Part shown: piece after piece, positions 20,238 through 29,781 of the stretch
How the letters are laid out: each line of letters starts with the position of its first letter
Position numbering within the stretch: position 1 is the first letter of the stretch
Assembly: GCA_040285745.1 (NCBI GenBank)
Contig: JAUFOR010000003.1
Coordinates: forward strand, 620,001 to 684,000
Direction: 5' to 3'
DNA: 64,000 bases
Source: Barthelona sp. PCE
Lineage: Eukaryota
Program-made: the position numbers and the translations under genes
Notes under the pieces: model-generated
What the model was told of the DNA's origin: nothing
Database searches by the model: none
Seen by the model: the letters and a program-made list of their open reading frames with translations, nothing else

Positions 20238-20643
20238 TTACTGCTTGGTGGTCTGCTTGCCCTTGAAAGTATCGACGGGAACGTGCTTGACAACAGCAAT
20301 GAGCTGATCAGTTTCCTCGGACCTCATACGCTCAACAGCGATACGGACGTGACGGGGAACGTTACGGACGCCCTTGGACCAAACGTAGGTGTTAACGGCG
20401 GGATCAATGTGAATCTCATCGGCGAAAGTCAACTTCTCAACGAAAGAACGGATTTCACGCATAGCACGAGGGGCACGCTTCTTGAAGTTACTAAATGTGA
20501 GCTAGCTCAAGCAAAATTTAAGAGCTACGCGTCTACAACAACGCTTAACAATTTTTTTCAACATACCGGCCGAAGGTAACCTTCTTCAGGTTAACGGTAC
20601 ACTCGTAGGAGACTTGGTCGGGACGGCTAGTGTTACGAACCAT
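20238..20643 (-). CDS. RPL31: 60S ribosomal protein L31 (eL31), two exons 20643-20567 and 20490-20238
   Basis: Spliced translation (109 aa) MVRNTSRPDQVSYECTVNLKKVTFGR|NFKKRAPRAMREIRSF...WSKGVRNVPRHVRI. Removing the 76-nt intron restores the frame. Codons are strongly biased. Confidence 0.95.
20491..20566 (-). other. Spliceosomal (GT-AG) intron of RPL31, 76 nt, phase 2
   Basis: Begins GTATGT and ends GCTCACATTTAG; its removal joins CG|T (Arg) between two conserved eL31 segments. Confidence 0.93.
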
Positions 20644-20812
20644 TTTGTGTGAGTTAATACGGAGTAAATTAGAAAAGGAGACTACTTTCGTTTATTTAAA
20701 CTATTTCTCTTGACTATCATACAGTAGAGATACCATCCGAAGTGTCTTTAAGACAAAATAAGATGTAAAAACATTTGTAACACTGTATTCCAGTTTTCCA
20801 CATTCTTTCTCA

Positions 20813-21031
20813 ATGCTAGCCATTTTTAATCTTGGTAGCGTATTATTACTCCTCCTTTTGGTAGTTTGCACCACTACATACTGGTATCAAATCGCACCGA
20901 GCAACAACAACAAATCACATGAAGGTTTTGCTGGCTTCTTCTGGAAGGCTGCAAGGATAGGACAGCGCTGCAGCGCATTTGTATCACTAGCATGCATAAT
21001 AGCAGGATTTTATGTTTTATTCTTCAAGTGA
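20813..21031 (+). CDS. TMEM167: Protein Kish (TMEM167)
   Basis: 72 aa: AIFN...LLLLVVCTTTY...GF.GFFWKAARIG.R.S.FVS.AC. Confidence 0.9.
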   Translation: MLAIFNLGSVLLLLLLVVCTTTYWYQIAPSNNNKSHEGFAGFFWKAARIGQRCSAFVSLACIIAGFYVLFFK

Positions 21032-21045
21032 GGGTTCATCACACA

Positions 21046-22233
21046 TTATCTTTGTTCAACATTATAACCAGTTTGAGTAGCACGCTGGAGGAACGATACG
21101 ATCTGCTGATCGAATCCAGAATCTAATTTGTTCTTTGCAATAAAATCCCATGCAACTTTCCACAGATTATCTCCTCTATTATAACCTAACTTTAAAATAG
21201 ATCCATTTTCCAGGTCAATATCAAAGACAAAATCATAAGACACTCCATCAATTACACCACCAGTACTATTAGCCAATCTTTCCATGCGTGATTTGAGATA
21301 GGCTCCATATTCAGCATGATATTCAGTTCTTTCTTCAACTGTGGCTACAGGTTCCCTGGAAAAGCAAACAATACGGCCATCTGATACTGTTACAAACAAT
21401 GATCCATCAATAAATTTCAAATCCCATGGTGTACCTGGAACAAACAACTTTTCAGATAACTCCATTGATCCAGAACCGTTAATAACAGCAACAAGGCCAT
21501 CTTCGACGCCAACCGCTACAGTTGGGATGCCTTCACTCTTCATATGGGCCATCGATAGTCCCATACCAGTAGAGACATTAAGCTGAGCAATATGATGACT
21601 ACCAACTCCAAATTTAAATAATACACCTCCGTTTCCGTAACAATACACGTCATTTCCGATCACACATACATGCCTTATCAAAGTTTCGAATTCATACTCA
21701 TTTAATGGAATGCCTTTATCAGCCCAAATAATTAATTGCTTACCTCCTGCTGAACATAACATTCCCTCATCGGAGACAGCAAAGTCATACACGTTACCTT
21801 CGTGGGCGTCGACGACAAGATGACTGTCTTCGTCTAAATCTGAAAGATTAAAATAACGCAGTTCTTTATCCCAACCACCACTCAACAACATGCCTTCCTT
21901 GAAGTATAAGGATGACACGCAGTCGCTGTGACCATGTAGTTGATACTCCAGATCCAGCCCATGCTCTGAATTGATGGAGAACACGGTGATATCACCCTTC
22001 ATATCACCCACAAAGACAAATCCTTCTTCTTGTGCGACTGTCAGACATAAGATCGGGGAGCCAGGTCCCTCTTCGGTGAAGATTATGTCGGAAAGAACCC
22101 CGTTTTCGTAAAGAAACGTGTGCAATTTACCAAACTCGTCAGTAACGATTAGGGTCTTTGTAGACTCATGCCATCCAATGCATCGTGCCTCTCCCATGGG
22201 GACAGCTCGCTGTGTACTAAAATCCAACTTCAT
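21046..22233 (-). CDS. Doa1/Ufd3/PLAA-like WD40 + PFU protein lacking the PUL domain
   Basis: WD40 repeats (LHGHSDCVSSL, SGGWDK, AHEGNV) followed by a PFU motif DGVSYDFVFDIDL...LKLGYN.GDN...VA..FI.KN.L; the stop comes right after PFU. Confidence 0.8.
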   Translation of the reverse strand: MKLDFSTQRAVPMGEARCIGWHESTKTLIVTDEFGKLHTFLYENGVLSDIIFTEEGPGSPILCLTVAQEEGFVFVGDMKGDITVFSINSEHGLDLEYQLHGHSDCVSSLYFKEGMLLSGGWDKELRYFNLSDLDEDSHLVVDAHEGNVYDFAVSDEGMLCSAGGKQLIIWADKGIPLNEYEFETLIRHVCVIGNDVYCYGNGGVLFKFGVGSHHIAQLNVSTGMGLSMAHMKSEGIPTVAVGVEDGLVAVINGSGSMELSEKLFVPGTPWDLKFIDGSLFVTVSDGRIVCFSREPVATVEERTEYHAEYGAYLKSRMERLANSTGGVIDGVSYDFVFDIDLENGSILKLGYNRGDNLWKVAWDFIAKNKLDSGFDQQIVSFLQRATQTGYNVEQR

Positions 22234-22720
22234 AAAAATGTTGAAAGAGCTGTTAAAAAGAAAACAGATCAGAATTTGTTGTGTCTGTTTAAAAAGGTTA
22301 GGTCTCCCTTAAACCGTATTTTATACTCAATTTTGATAGTATAATTTGCAAATCTGTGTATAGAGAAAGTATCAGGCAAAAATTCTTTGTTATCTGATAA
22401 AGCAGTTTTGATTGTGTAGCTAGTGTACGTTAAGATTCAAACTCCCGATTCAAAACAGTTGTTTACCACAAATAGTGAATGAAACATAGAAGATTTATGG
22501 ATGTTTTCGTATGAAAATTTAGTGATGATTTACTCCCTTGTTTATCATTATAAAGGGTGTTTTTTAACGATTTAAACTTATAACAGTGTGTTTCAATGTA
22601 AATGTGTGAAACTTTCCTGTTGTTCCTAATACACACTACTTCACAGTTGTTTGACAGCATTTTTGCACTTTTTAACACCCTTTCACATTTTCAGGGCACT
22701 AAGCAGTATTTTTAAAGACA

Positions 22721-23263
22721 ATGGGATCAGCTATTAAAAAACCAGGACGTAGAAGGCGATTAAAACGTGGTAAAACAAGTTCCAAGGTTCGTGCGCGTTT
22801 CGAAGTACGTGATATTGATGAAATTCAGGAGGATCTCAAGACAGAAGGAGTTGTTGAAAAAATTATGTGCCGAGATCTTGATGATAGACTTCCTGCACAA
22901 GGTAGGTTCTTTTGCATGGCGTGCGACCAGTACTTCATGACAAAACACGATTTAGAGCATCATTCTCGCACAAAAAGACATAAGAAGCGGTTAAAGCTTT
23001 TAAAAGAACAACCTTACACACAAAAAGAGGCTGAATGGGCTTCAGGTATGGGTCTGTCAGACAATGGAAACTTTGAATCTGGAATACCCCAAGCTCCTGA
23101 GCATATTCCTGATGAAGTCAGACATCCAGTTAATTTGTCACTAAATTATGCTGAAGAAGAAGGTGAGGAACAAGAAGGTGAGGAACAAAAAGAGGAGGAC
23201 TCCAATCCTGTTGAGACTGATGAGATGAATGCCATTGTGGATGAGAATGGTAACAAGTGGTAA
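22721..23263 (+). CDS. BUD20: BUD20/ZNF593 C2H2 zinc-finger ribosome-biogenesis factor
   Basis: RDIDEI, DDRLPAQGRFFCMACDQYF...H.RTKRHKKRLK.LKEQPYTQKEAE. Confidence 0.92.
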   Translation: MGSAIKKPGRRRRLKRGKTSSKVRARFEVRDIDEIQEDLKTEGVVEKIMCRDLDDRLPAQGRFFCMACDQYFMTKHDLEHHSRTKRHKKRLKLLKEQPYTQKEAEWASGMGLSDNGNFESGIPQAPEHIPDEVRHPVNLSLNYAEEEGEEQEGEEQKEEDSNPVETDEMNAIVDENGNKW

Positions 23264-23427
23264 TAAATCAATTTTTTTCTAAATTATTTCTTTTTATTCT
23301 GGATTCTAATCAACTTTGGGATTATGAGGTTAGTATTTGGTGCATTTCAAGTTCGAAAATAGATTCTACCAAAGCATCTGAAACAAAATTCTTGTTACAC
23401 TTTCTCTCACTATTATCATCGCTCAAA

Positions 23428-24942
23428 ATGGGTCTTGTGATTCGATTTGAGTTCTTAGCCTTGTTCCTGTTCTTCTTGTTGATGTTTATCAACTACGAAG
23501 CCGATCACCATATTCATCTGCACTCTAGTATTGATGCTCCAGCTGATATCGGTGTGGACGACCATTCTGCTGCAAAGAGACTGCCTCTTGCAACACCAGC
23601 TATCCTTAAATACGGTGGTATAGTGTTAGCCACAGACAAACCTAGTATACAGATCTGGGAACAGCCTAATCCACGAAACACGGCTAAATACGTACCACAA
23701 ATGCGCGCAGAGATCTCTCTTGAGTCAACTGCACGCGTTTCCCCTGACCGTCGTGCTATTGAGATTTCAAGTGGCATCGATAACCATCAGGACGAACTCA
23801 TATGTGTTGTCACCCGCTCACTTGCAGTCCTTGTGTTCAAAAATGAACATTTACTGTGGGAGAGTCACCTTCCAGTGTTTTTAGCTGATGGATCTGAAGC
23901 GATCGAAATGACGTGTCAAGTTTTACCTTTTCCGATCCACAAGGGTGATGTTGGCTCCGTATTCGTTGTTGGACGCTTTGAAAACAACGAGCACAACTAT
24001 CATCACCTGGATTCGTTCATGTTTGATTCAGAGACAGGCCGTTTGCGTTGGAAGCACCAAAAGGGAGACTTCCATGAGGGTCAGCACACTGATGGACCCA
24101 TCTCTCAGTTTGATTTGGCTGATGCTCACGACGGAGAACAAGATTGGCGTTTGTATTCCAAATCACTTTTTCAGTATTTACCACTGCGTTTCACACGTTC
24201 CAACGACCTTGCTGTTGAAGTGGGCCGCCTGTCACGTGGCGAAATCACTGAAGGTATTGCAAACGTCATCATTATTAAATCAGAAGAGGGGCTCGAAGCG
24301 CTTCATATATACAGCGGTCGCATGGTCACGCGCATCCCTCTTACAACACACATGCTTCATGCTGATGTTGATGGCGACGAGGTCATCGAACATGTTTTCT
24401 TAACGGCTTCAAAATACGGACAATCCAAAGAGACCAGAGTTGTATGCAGCGGAGACATCCCACCCATCATTGAGAAGTGGGATATCGATTTAGCTGACAC
24501 TTACGATGAAATCAAGGACGCTGGTATCGTGTACTCTACGACGCCTATCATGTGGGCTGATGAAGAAATGGTTGTCACCGTTCTCAACAGCGGACGAGTC
24601 ACTGCCATCGATTGGACAGGTGAAATTGTGTGGTCAACACTGATTGGCACAACTTCGACCAGTGTTGTACATACCTTCAACAATGACCGTCTCATTATTG
24701 CAACAGAGAGCGGATCTGAGTCTTCAGTCTATGTTCTTAGCAAGAAAGGAAAACTTTTAGGTACTCACAATACAAACAGACCTATTATAGCGTTGGAGAG
24801 CATCGAAAATACGAATTATATCATTGCCAGTGGTCTTGATCACTTTGAGCTTCTATTCATGGAGGATAACAAAATGGATTCAATGGTTTCCCTGATTTTC
24901 TTGTTCTTTACATTTGTTGTTGGTCTTTCAATAGTATCATAA
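23428..24942 (+). CDS. FG-GAP/beta-propeller membrane protein (At3g51050-like)
   Basis: N-terminal hydrophobic segment, ETGRLRWKH..GDFH, EEGLEALHIYSGR, HADVDGDEVIEHV Ca-loop-like motif and a C-terminal TM helix. ATG at 23428. Confidence 0.7.
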   Translation: MGLVIRFEFLALFLFFLLMFINYEADHHIHLHSSIDAPADIGVDDHSAAKRLPLATPAILKYGGIVLATDKPSIQIWEQPNPRNTAKYVPQMRAEISLESTARVSPDRRAIEISSGIDNHQDELICVVTRSLAVLVFKNEHLLWESHLPVFLADGSEAIEMTCQVLPFPIHKGDVGSVFVVGRFENNEHNYHHLDSFMFDSETGRLRWKHQKGDFHEGQHTDGPISQFDLADAHDGEQDWRLYSKSLFQYLPLRFTRSNDLAVEVGRLSRGEITEGIANVIIIKSEEGLEALHIYSGRMVTRIPLTTHMLHADVDGDEVIEHVFLTASKYGQSKETRVVCSGDIPPIIEKWDIDLADTYDEIKDAGIVYSTTPIMWADEEMVVTVLNSGRVTAIDWTGEIVWSTLIGTTSTSVVHTFNNDRLIIATESGSESSVYVLSKKGKLLGTHNTNRPIIALESIENTNYIIASGLDHFELLFMEDNKMDSMVSLIFLFFTFVVGLSIVS

Positions 24943-24952
24943 ACACTATTCT

Positions 24953-26320
24953 TTATTTGGTAATTAGTTGCTTCGTGTGCTGCGCGTCAATTAACGTTGG
25001 ATTGATAATACATGACATCTTATGATTTGCGAGTCCATGGCGAAAAACTACACCACTTAGAGTTGAACTGGCGGTCATAAAGCTTTGAACCACGTCTGAA
25101 TCTGTTTCTAAATCTTCAGAAAATGTTACAAGTGCAACGTCTTCCACACAACTGTATTCTGACGTGGATTTATCAGTTTTTGTTATAACAAAGCCCTTTT
25201 GACTCTTTTTAATAAATGCTAATTCTAGAACACCGTCTAACTGGATTTTTGAGAAGAAATCCCCTCCAAAATGATCATTGCCAATTTTTGTACGAAGTGT
25301 CATAAATAAAACTGCTTGTGAGTACTTATTCATGTTACACATCTTGTACTTTGACAAAAATACACGCAAACTGTGTGACATTGGTACCAACATATCTGTT
25401 TGTTTAGTATTATTAACTCGTAGGCGAAAACCTGAAACCGTGCTCTCATCAACAGTCTTTGGCTTCTGGTATACTGAGAGGCTGTTACCATCGAGCTTCA
25501 GGACCGTACCAGCGCTCAGTGTCTTGACTTCCATCGACTCGTATGCAACAACTGGATAATAAAAATTGCTTTCATCCTCCTTAACAATGTTAATACGCAT
25601 ATCCTCTACAAAGGGTGCAACACCAAGCATGTCGGACACTAGTTGCTTCGGTGCGTGCTTCTCCAGATTTGTTGGAAATGAAAAAATGGATTGCAATGCT
25701 ACAGAAGACAAAACACTTGAGTATTCAACGATACCACATGTAAAAGGCACTTTAAAGTGATGGAAGAAAAGTAACACGATTGAAATGTGCTGGGAAAGAA
25801 ACTCTGTGATGGATGAAATGGTTGAAAGGACATGTAAACAACGCATTACAGAGGGATAAAGTGCAGTTACTTCACAAATGTCAATGTTATAGTATATACT
25901 TTCCACAGCACTCTTTTGCAGAAGATAGAGCACGTGGTGTATAAAGCGAGCAATGAGAGCAGCGCTAGTTTGATTCTGATTGAGTATAGCAATTGAATAA
26001 ATGACATCAAACACACAATGTAGACTTTCAATGCATGTGTGGCAGCTTGCTCTGAAACAACAGCACGAATCAAGCATTGTAAATACGGTTGAAAGCATAT
26101 CTGGATCGAGCAGGGCAGCAACACTCGCTGATCTAAAAGGATAGTGTGATTCGAAGACCGCTGCAAAACAGTTTTCTTGCTTGGGCGTGAAATCACGCTT
26201 TGTATCTGTCTTTGCTATGTGAATGTACGCTTTCCATAATTCCAACACTGCTTTAATGTGTTCGTCGGAACATGTGGCGTTTGTGGATGCCCCGTAAGGT
26301 TTCTGTGTGGATTTTGCCAT
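24953..26320 (-). CDS. Hypothetical protein
   Basis: 455-aa ORF from ATG 26320, preceded by a pyrimidine tract; no family recognised. Confidence 0.6.
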   Translation of the reverse strand: MAKSTQKPYGASTNATCSDEHIKAVLELWKAYIHIAKTDTKRDFTPKQENCFAAVFESHYPFRSASVAALLDPDMLSTVFTMLDSCCCFRASCHTCIESLHCVFDVIYSIAILNQNQTSAALIARFIHHVLYLLQKSAVESIYYNIDICEVTALYPSVMRCLHVLSTISSITEFLSQHISIVLLFFHHFKVPFTCGIVEYSSVLSSVALQSIFSFPTNLEKHAPKQLVSDMLGVAPFVEDMRINIVKEDESNFYYPVVAYESMEVKTLSAGTVLKLDGNSLSVYQKPKTVDESTVSGFRLRVNNTKQTDMLVPMSHSLRVFLSKYKMCNMNKYSQAVLFMTLRTKIGNDHFGGDFFSKIQLDGVLELAFIKKSQKGFVITKTDKSTSEYSCVEDVALVTFSEDLETDSDVVQSFMTASSTLSGVVFRHGLANHKMSCIINPTLIDAQHTKQLITK

Positions 26321-26477
26321 ACACGAATGTGATAAAAAAGAAGAAAGGAGAAAAAAGAAAAACAAACTATAACGATTTATTGAATGCCCAAAATTGATGC
26401 TCTCAGAATCAAACACCGCCATAAAATCCCACAATATGAGATTTAAATGGTGATCTATAAACATGGCAACAAAAAAA

Positions 26478-28424
26478 TTATTGCACCTTACCCATTGGAA
26501 CAACCAGTGGGTTTTCAGCGTCCATATCGCTCACATATGACAACACACGCTCGACTTCACCTGTTTCATTCATGCTTCCAGCTGTTCTTGCAACCGCTAA
26601 ACCTGCCAACTGCAACTCTTCACTTTTGCTTGACATTGCGTACTCACATAGCTGCCCTGCCAACCTTTGCATAACCTTGACATTTGGCGCTGAAAAACCA
26701 CACCGTAACATCTCATTCGCAAGCTGCAAGTGGTCCAGGATAATGCTGTCCACTAAGAATCGGGGATTCGCACTCAAAGCGTTGAAAAGAGGGAGTCCGA
26801 TTTCAGCAAGGACTGGATTTAGTCTATTGATACGACTGACAGTGTTTGACTCCAATCCCAAAAAAAGATTGATGCTAGGTAGATCCAACGCTGATTCTCG
26901 ATTTGAAAGAAGACGCACACCCTCTCGTACACCGCGGAGACACGATGATATGTGTGAAGGGCCACAGTCCCCTGCATAAAGCAATTTGGAAAGCTCGGTC
27001 GCAACACGTGGAGCAGCAACAACTGTCAAACCGGCAACAACACGTTGTGTATGCTGCCTTCTATTAGCCACGTGCCCATCCATACCGAACAGCATTGTCT
27101 GCAGTATCGGCTTGACTTGGCTTGCAATGGCAAGCGGCGCTACGTTTCCCTCCATAAATAGCACAGCTGGAAAGTGACGCAGACCGCACTCCCGCACAGC
27201 TACATTCTTGTCCTCAACCATACGGATGGCATCGCGGACAGTGATGGGCGGTTCCACTCTCTCATCGTGTTTGGGCCTTCCAAGGAACTCGTCCACTAAT
27301 GGATCCCGTTCTTCGTCACTTGAGCCGCCCCAGTCGAATTCATGGTCATGTACAACGGTCTCGTCCACCTCAAGGACATCAACTTTCAGCGGATCATCAT
27401 CTGGTAGTGCCGACTCGCGTGCAGTAAAGAACTTACGATATTCGACAGGAACAACATCAAAACCGTGGAAAACATCGTGACTTTCGGGCTGCATATCTAT
27501 GAAATGCTGCAGTAGTGCTTGACTCAGCTCAGTCACACAAGGATCAAGTGAAGACAGCATTGCACCAATACTGACCATAAGCCTTGCCTGGATCTCAACC
27601 GTCAAGTCAGTAATTGTGAATACAAGTGCAGCTATTTGTGCCTGTAGTTCAAATTGAGCGATACCAAACACTCCCTCAGCCGCAACAACAACCGTCTCCG
27701 TATCTGAATGAGCACAAAAAACGTTTACCAACTTCGAGAGCGTTCCCACAGAAATTAGTACTGTTTTTAGAAGTTGAACAAGATGAACCGTTAGATATGA
27801 AGTTGAACATAATATCGATTCGTCCCAGTTCAGCAACGCGTGATATGCAACATCCTCATTGCTCTGTAACACATCGAATCTGCCGCTTTTCAGGCAAACA
27901 CTTGCAATCTGACTACTGTACCCCCGCATTATAAGCCGGAGGAGTGCTGATGAGTCATCAAGCGCTGATGCTACCATAGAGTGTGGAATGTACATTGTAA
28001 TACACTCAAAGAGTTCTGGGTCGTGGTGCACGTGCGCCTTTAACGTATCTACTAAATGGAAGAGCGACGAAAAAATTGCTGGCATAATAGAAATGACCCG
28101 AAGCACCGAAGCACAACAGGAATACACGCCTGATTGGCGTAGTTGATGCAGCTGTTGTACATGATCAGACGAGATAACAGCCTCAATAGTTTCTATAAGG
28201 CATTCAGAGTCATAAGTAGCAATCCAGTCAACTATAGCTTTTTTTCTGTGGCTAGAAATGAAGCTCCACCACTGTGCAGCGAAAACTTGTGTCAGAAAAA
28301 AGACATCGTCTGCTTTAACGAGTTGAGTTTCTAAAATCAATCGATCAATGATACTGTCAACTTCTCCCACATATCTGCACAGCCGCAACTCGCCCAGTAA
28401 ATCACTTGCCCTCACTTCATTCAT
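26478..28424 (-). CDS. TEL2: TEL2/TELO2 (TTT co-chaperone subunit)
   Basis: Acidic linker, then PPITVRDAI..., V.AAP.VA..L...LY.GD......CL...REG...L and NRLNPV....LPL, matching the Tel2 conserved-domain pattern. Confidence 0.65.
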   Translation of the reverse strand: MNEVRASDLLGELRLCRYVGEVDSIIDRLILETQLVKADDVFFLTQVFAAQWWSFISSHRKKAIVDWIATYDSECLIETIEAVISSDHVQQLHQLRQSGVYSCCASVLRVISIMPAIFSSLFHLVDTLKAHVHHDPELFECITMYIPHSMVASALDDSSALLRLIMRGYSSQIASVCLKSGRFDVLQSNEDVAYHALLNWDESILCSTSYLTVHLVQLLKTVLISVGTLSKLVNVFCAHSDTETVVVAAEGVFGIAQFELQAQIAALVFTITDLTVEIQARLMVSIGAMLSSLDPCVTELSQALLQHFIDMQPESHDVFHGFDVVPVEYRKFFTARESALPDDDPLKVDVLEVDETVVHDHEFDWGGSSDEERDPLVDEFLGRPKHDERVEPPITVRDAIRMVEDKNVAVRECGLRHFPAVLFMEGNVAPLAIASQVKPILQTMLFGMDGHVANRRQHTQRVVAGLTVVAAPRVATELSKLLYAGDCGPSHISSCLRGVREGVRLLSNRESALDLPSINLFLGLESNTVSRINRLNPVLAEIGLPLFNALSANPRFLVDSIILDHLQLANEMLRCGFSAPNVKVMQRLAGQLCEYAMSSKSEELQLAGLAVARTAGSMNETGEVERVLSYVSDMDAENPLVVPMGKVQ

Positions 28425-28497
28425 CAATTATGAAACGAGAAGGTTGTATTCTGTTTTACACACTTTTCCTTGTATTTTTTCTATTTCACATCATTAA

Positions 28498-29781
28498 ATG
28501 TCTAAAAAAGACAAAGGAATGCGTAACTGGCTGGCGCTTTTTACTGTGGGCACTATCAATAACCTTGCATATTCTGTTGTGCTGAGCGCAAGTAAGTCTC
28601 TGGCTGAACAATTCGGAAAGTCAGAGTATATGGGCCTTTTCTCGTGGTGCAACGTACTGTTAAGCTTTGTAATGCGTGTGGTTGTACTATTTTTGGAAAA
28701 CTCCACATACACTAAAAGATTACTTTTTAATACAGCTCTCATGCTTGTTGGTATCTCTGGTGTTGCGGCCTCTATTATGTTTGATAACTTTTTCCTCTCC
28801 CTCTTCTTTGTTTTACTCGTAGGCGGAGCTTCTTCATTTGGTGAATGCGTCATTTTAGGTTTCCTACGACAATACCCCAGATCAATGATTGGTGCGTGGT
28901 CTTCCGGTACAGGTATGGCTGGATTGGGCGCAAGCATGGGATATTTGCTCCTTTTCGACATAATCAAAATGCCAAATCTTCAAATTTTCCTTATTCTTCT
29001 TCCTCTTGTTCTGATCTACGCCATTGGTATTTTCTTTTGGCTCTCCCCACCCATCACACACCTTGACGACGACGGAAATGTTGTGTGCAGCGTCACTTAT
29101 CTCAAAGGAAGAGATGACCCGCTTCGAGACATTAAGTATTTGAAAGAGTACTGTGAGAAGAAGAATATGATCAAAATGCTGTCTGAACTCGATAACCTTA
29201 CATTCGGTGATATCGAAGAAGATCACAGACCTTTGTTAGACAGCAAATTACATAAAAATGAGAAAAAAGGTTGGGCTCGTTATAAGGCTGTATTCCGCAA
29301 AGTCCTTTATTTCGCACTGTGCCTTTCCTCCGTGTACTTCTTCGAGTATGCCATCATCCAAGGTGGTGCGAAGAACGGTGTCCATAACGGCCACGGCTTT
29401 TGGGTTGAGAACTCGTTTGAAATTCTTCAAGTTTGTTACCAAGCTGGTGTTCTTGTATCCCGTTCATCCCTATCCCTCTTTAAACTCCGTGAGGAACGTC
29501 TTTGGGTTCCCTCTTTCATCCAAGGTATTAACTTTATTTTGTGGATGATCCAAGATGAGTGGAAGATCTTCCCTCTCTGGATTCTGTATGTTCATATGGT
29601 GTTTGTCGGCCTCATGGGCGGTCTGGAATATGTGCAAGTATTTGCAGGTCTTAAGGATACGAAACGTCTCAGCGATAACGAACGTGAACTGGCCAACAAT
29701 ACTGTTGCAATGTGGATAACAATAGGTATCTCTCTTGCTTCCATCTATGATCTAGTCGCGGATAACATTTTGTTCAAGTAA
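28498..29781 (+). CDS. CLN3: Battenin/CLN3 lysosomal transporter
   Basis: GTINNLAY.V.LSA, SSFGE...LG, WSSGTGMAG, VYFFEY.I, YQAGVLVSRSS and GLMGG..YV. Confidence 0.92.
   Translation: MSKKDKGMRNWLALFTVGTINNLAYSVVLSASKSLAEQFGKSEYMGLFSWCNVLLSFVMRVVVLFLENSTYTKRLLFNTALMLVGISGVAASIMFDNFFLSLFFVLLVGGASSFGECVILGFLRQYPRSMIGAWSSGTGMAGLGASMGYLLLFDIIKMPNLQIFLILLPLVLIYAIGIFFWLSPPITHLDDDGNVVCSVTYLKGRDDPLRDIKYLKEYCEKKNMIKMLSELDNLTFGDIEEDHRPLLDSKLHKNEKKGWARYKAVFRKVLYFALCLSSVYFFEYAIIQGGAKNGVHNGHGFWVENSFEILQVCYQAGVLVSRSSLSLFKLREERLWVPSFIQGINFILWMIQDEWKIFPLWILYVHMVFVGLMGGLEYVQVFAGLKDTKRLSDNERELANNTVAMWITIGISLASIYDLVADNILFK

Noticed and set aside
20223..20579. 118-aa plus-strand ORF
   Set aside because: Antisense shadow of the strongly codon-biased RPL31.
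4739..22233. Functional cluster of proteasome genes (UBP6, PA200, DOA1) or of Golgi-traffic genes
   Set aside because: They are interspersed with unrelated genes on both strands, and such categories are common enough to co-occur by chance.
23157..23188. 15-bp coding duplication (EGEEQ x2) in the BUD20 tail, and a 12-bp KSKR duplication near 58311-58338
   Set aside because: Ordinary in-frame slippage in low-complexity regions.
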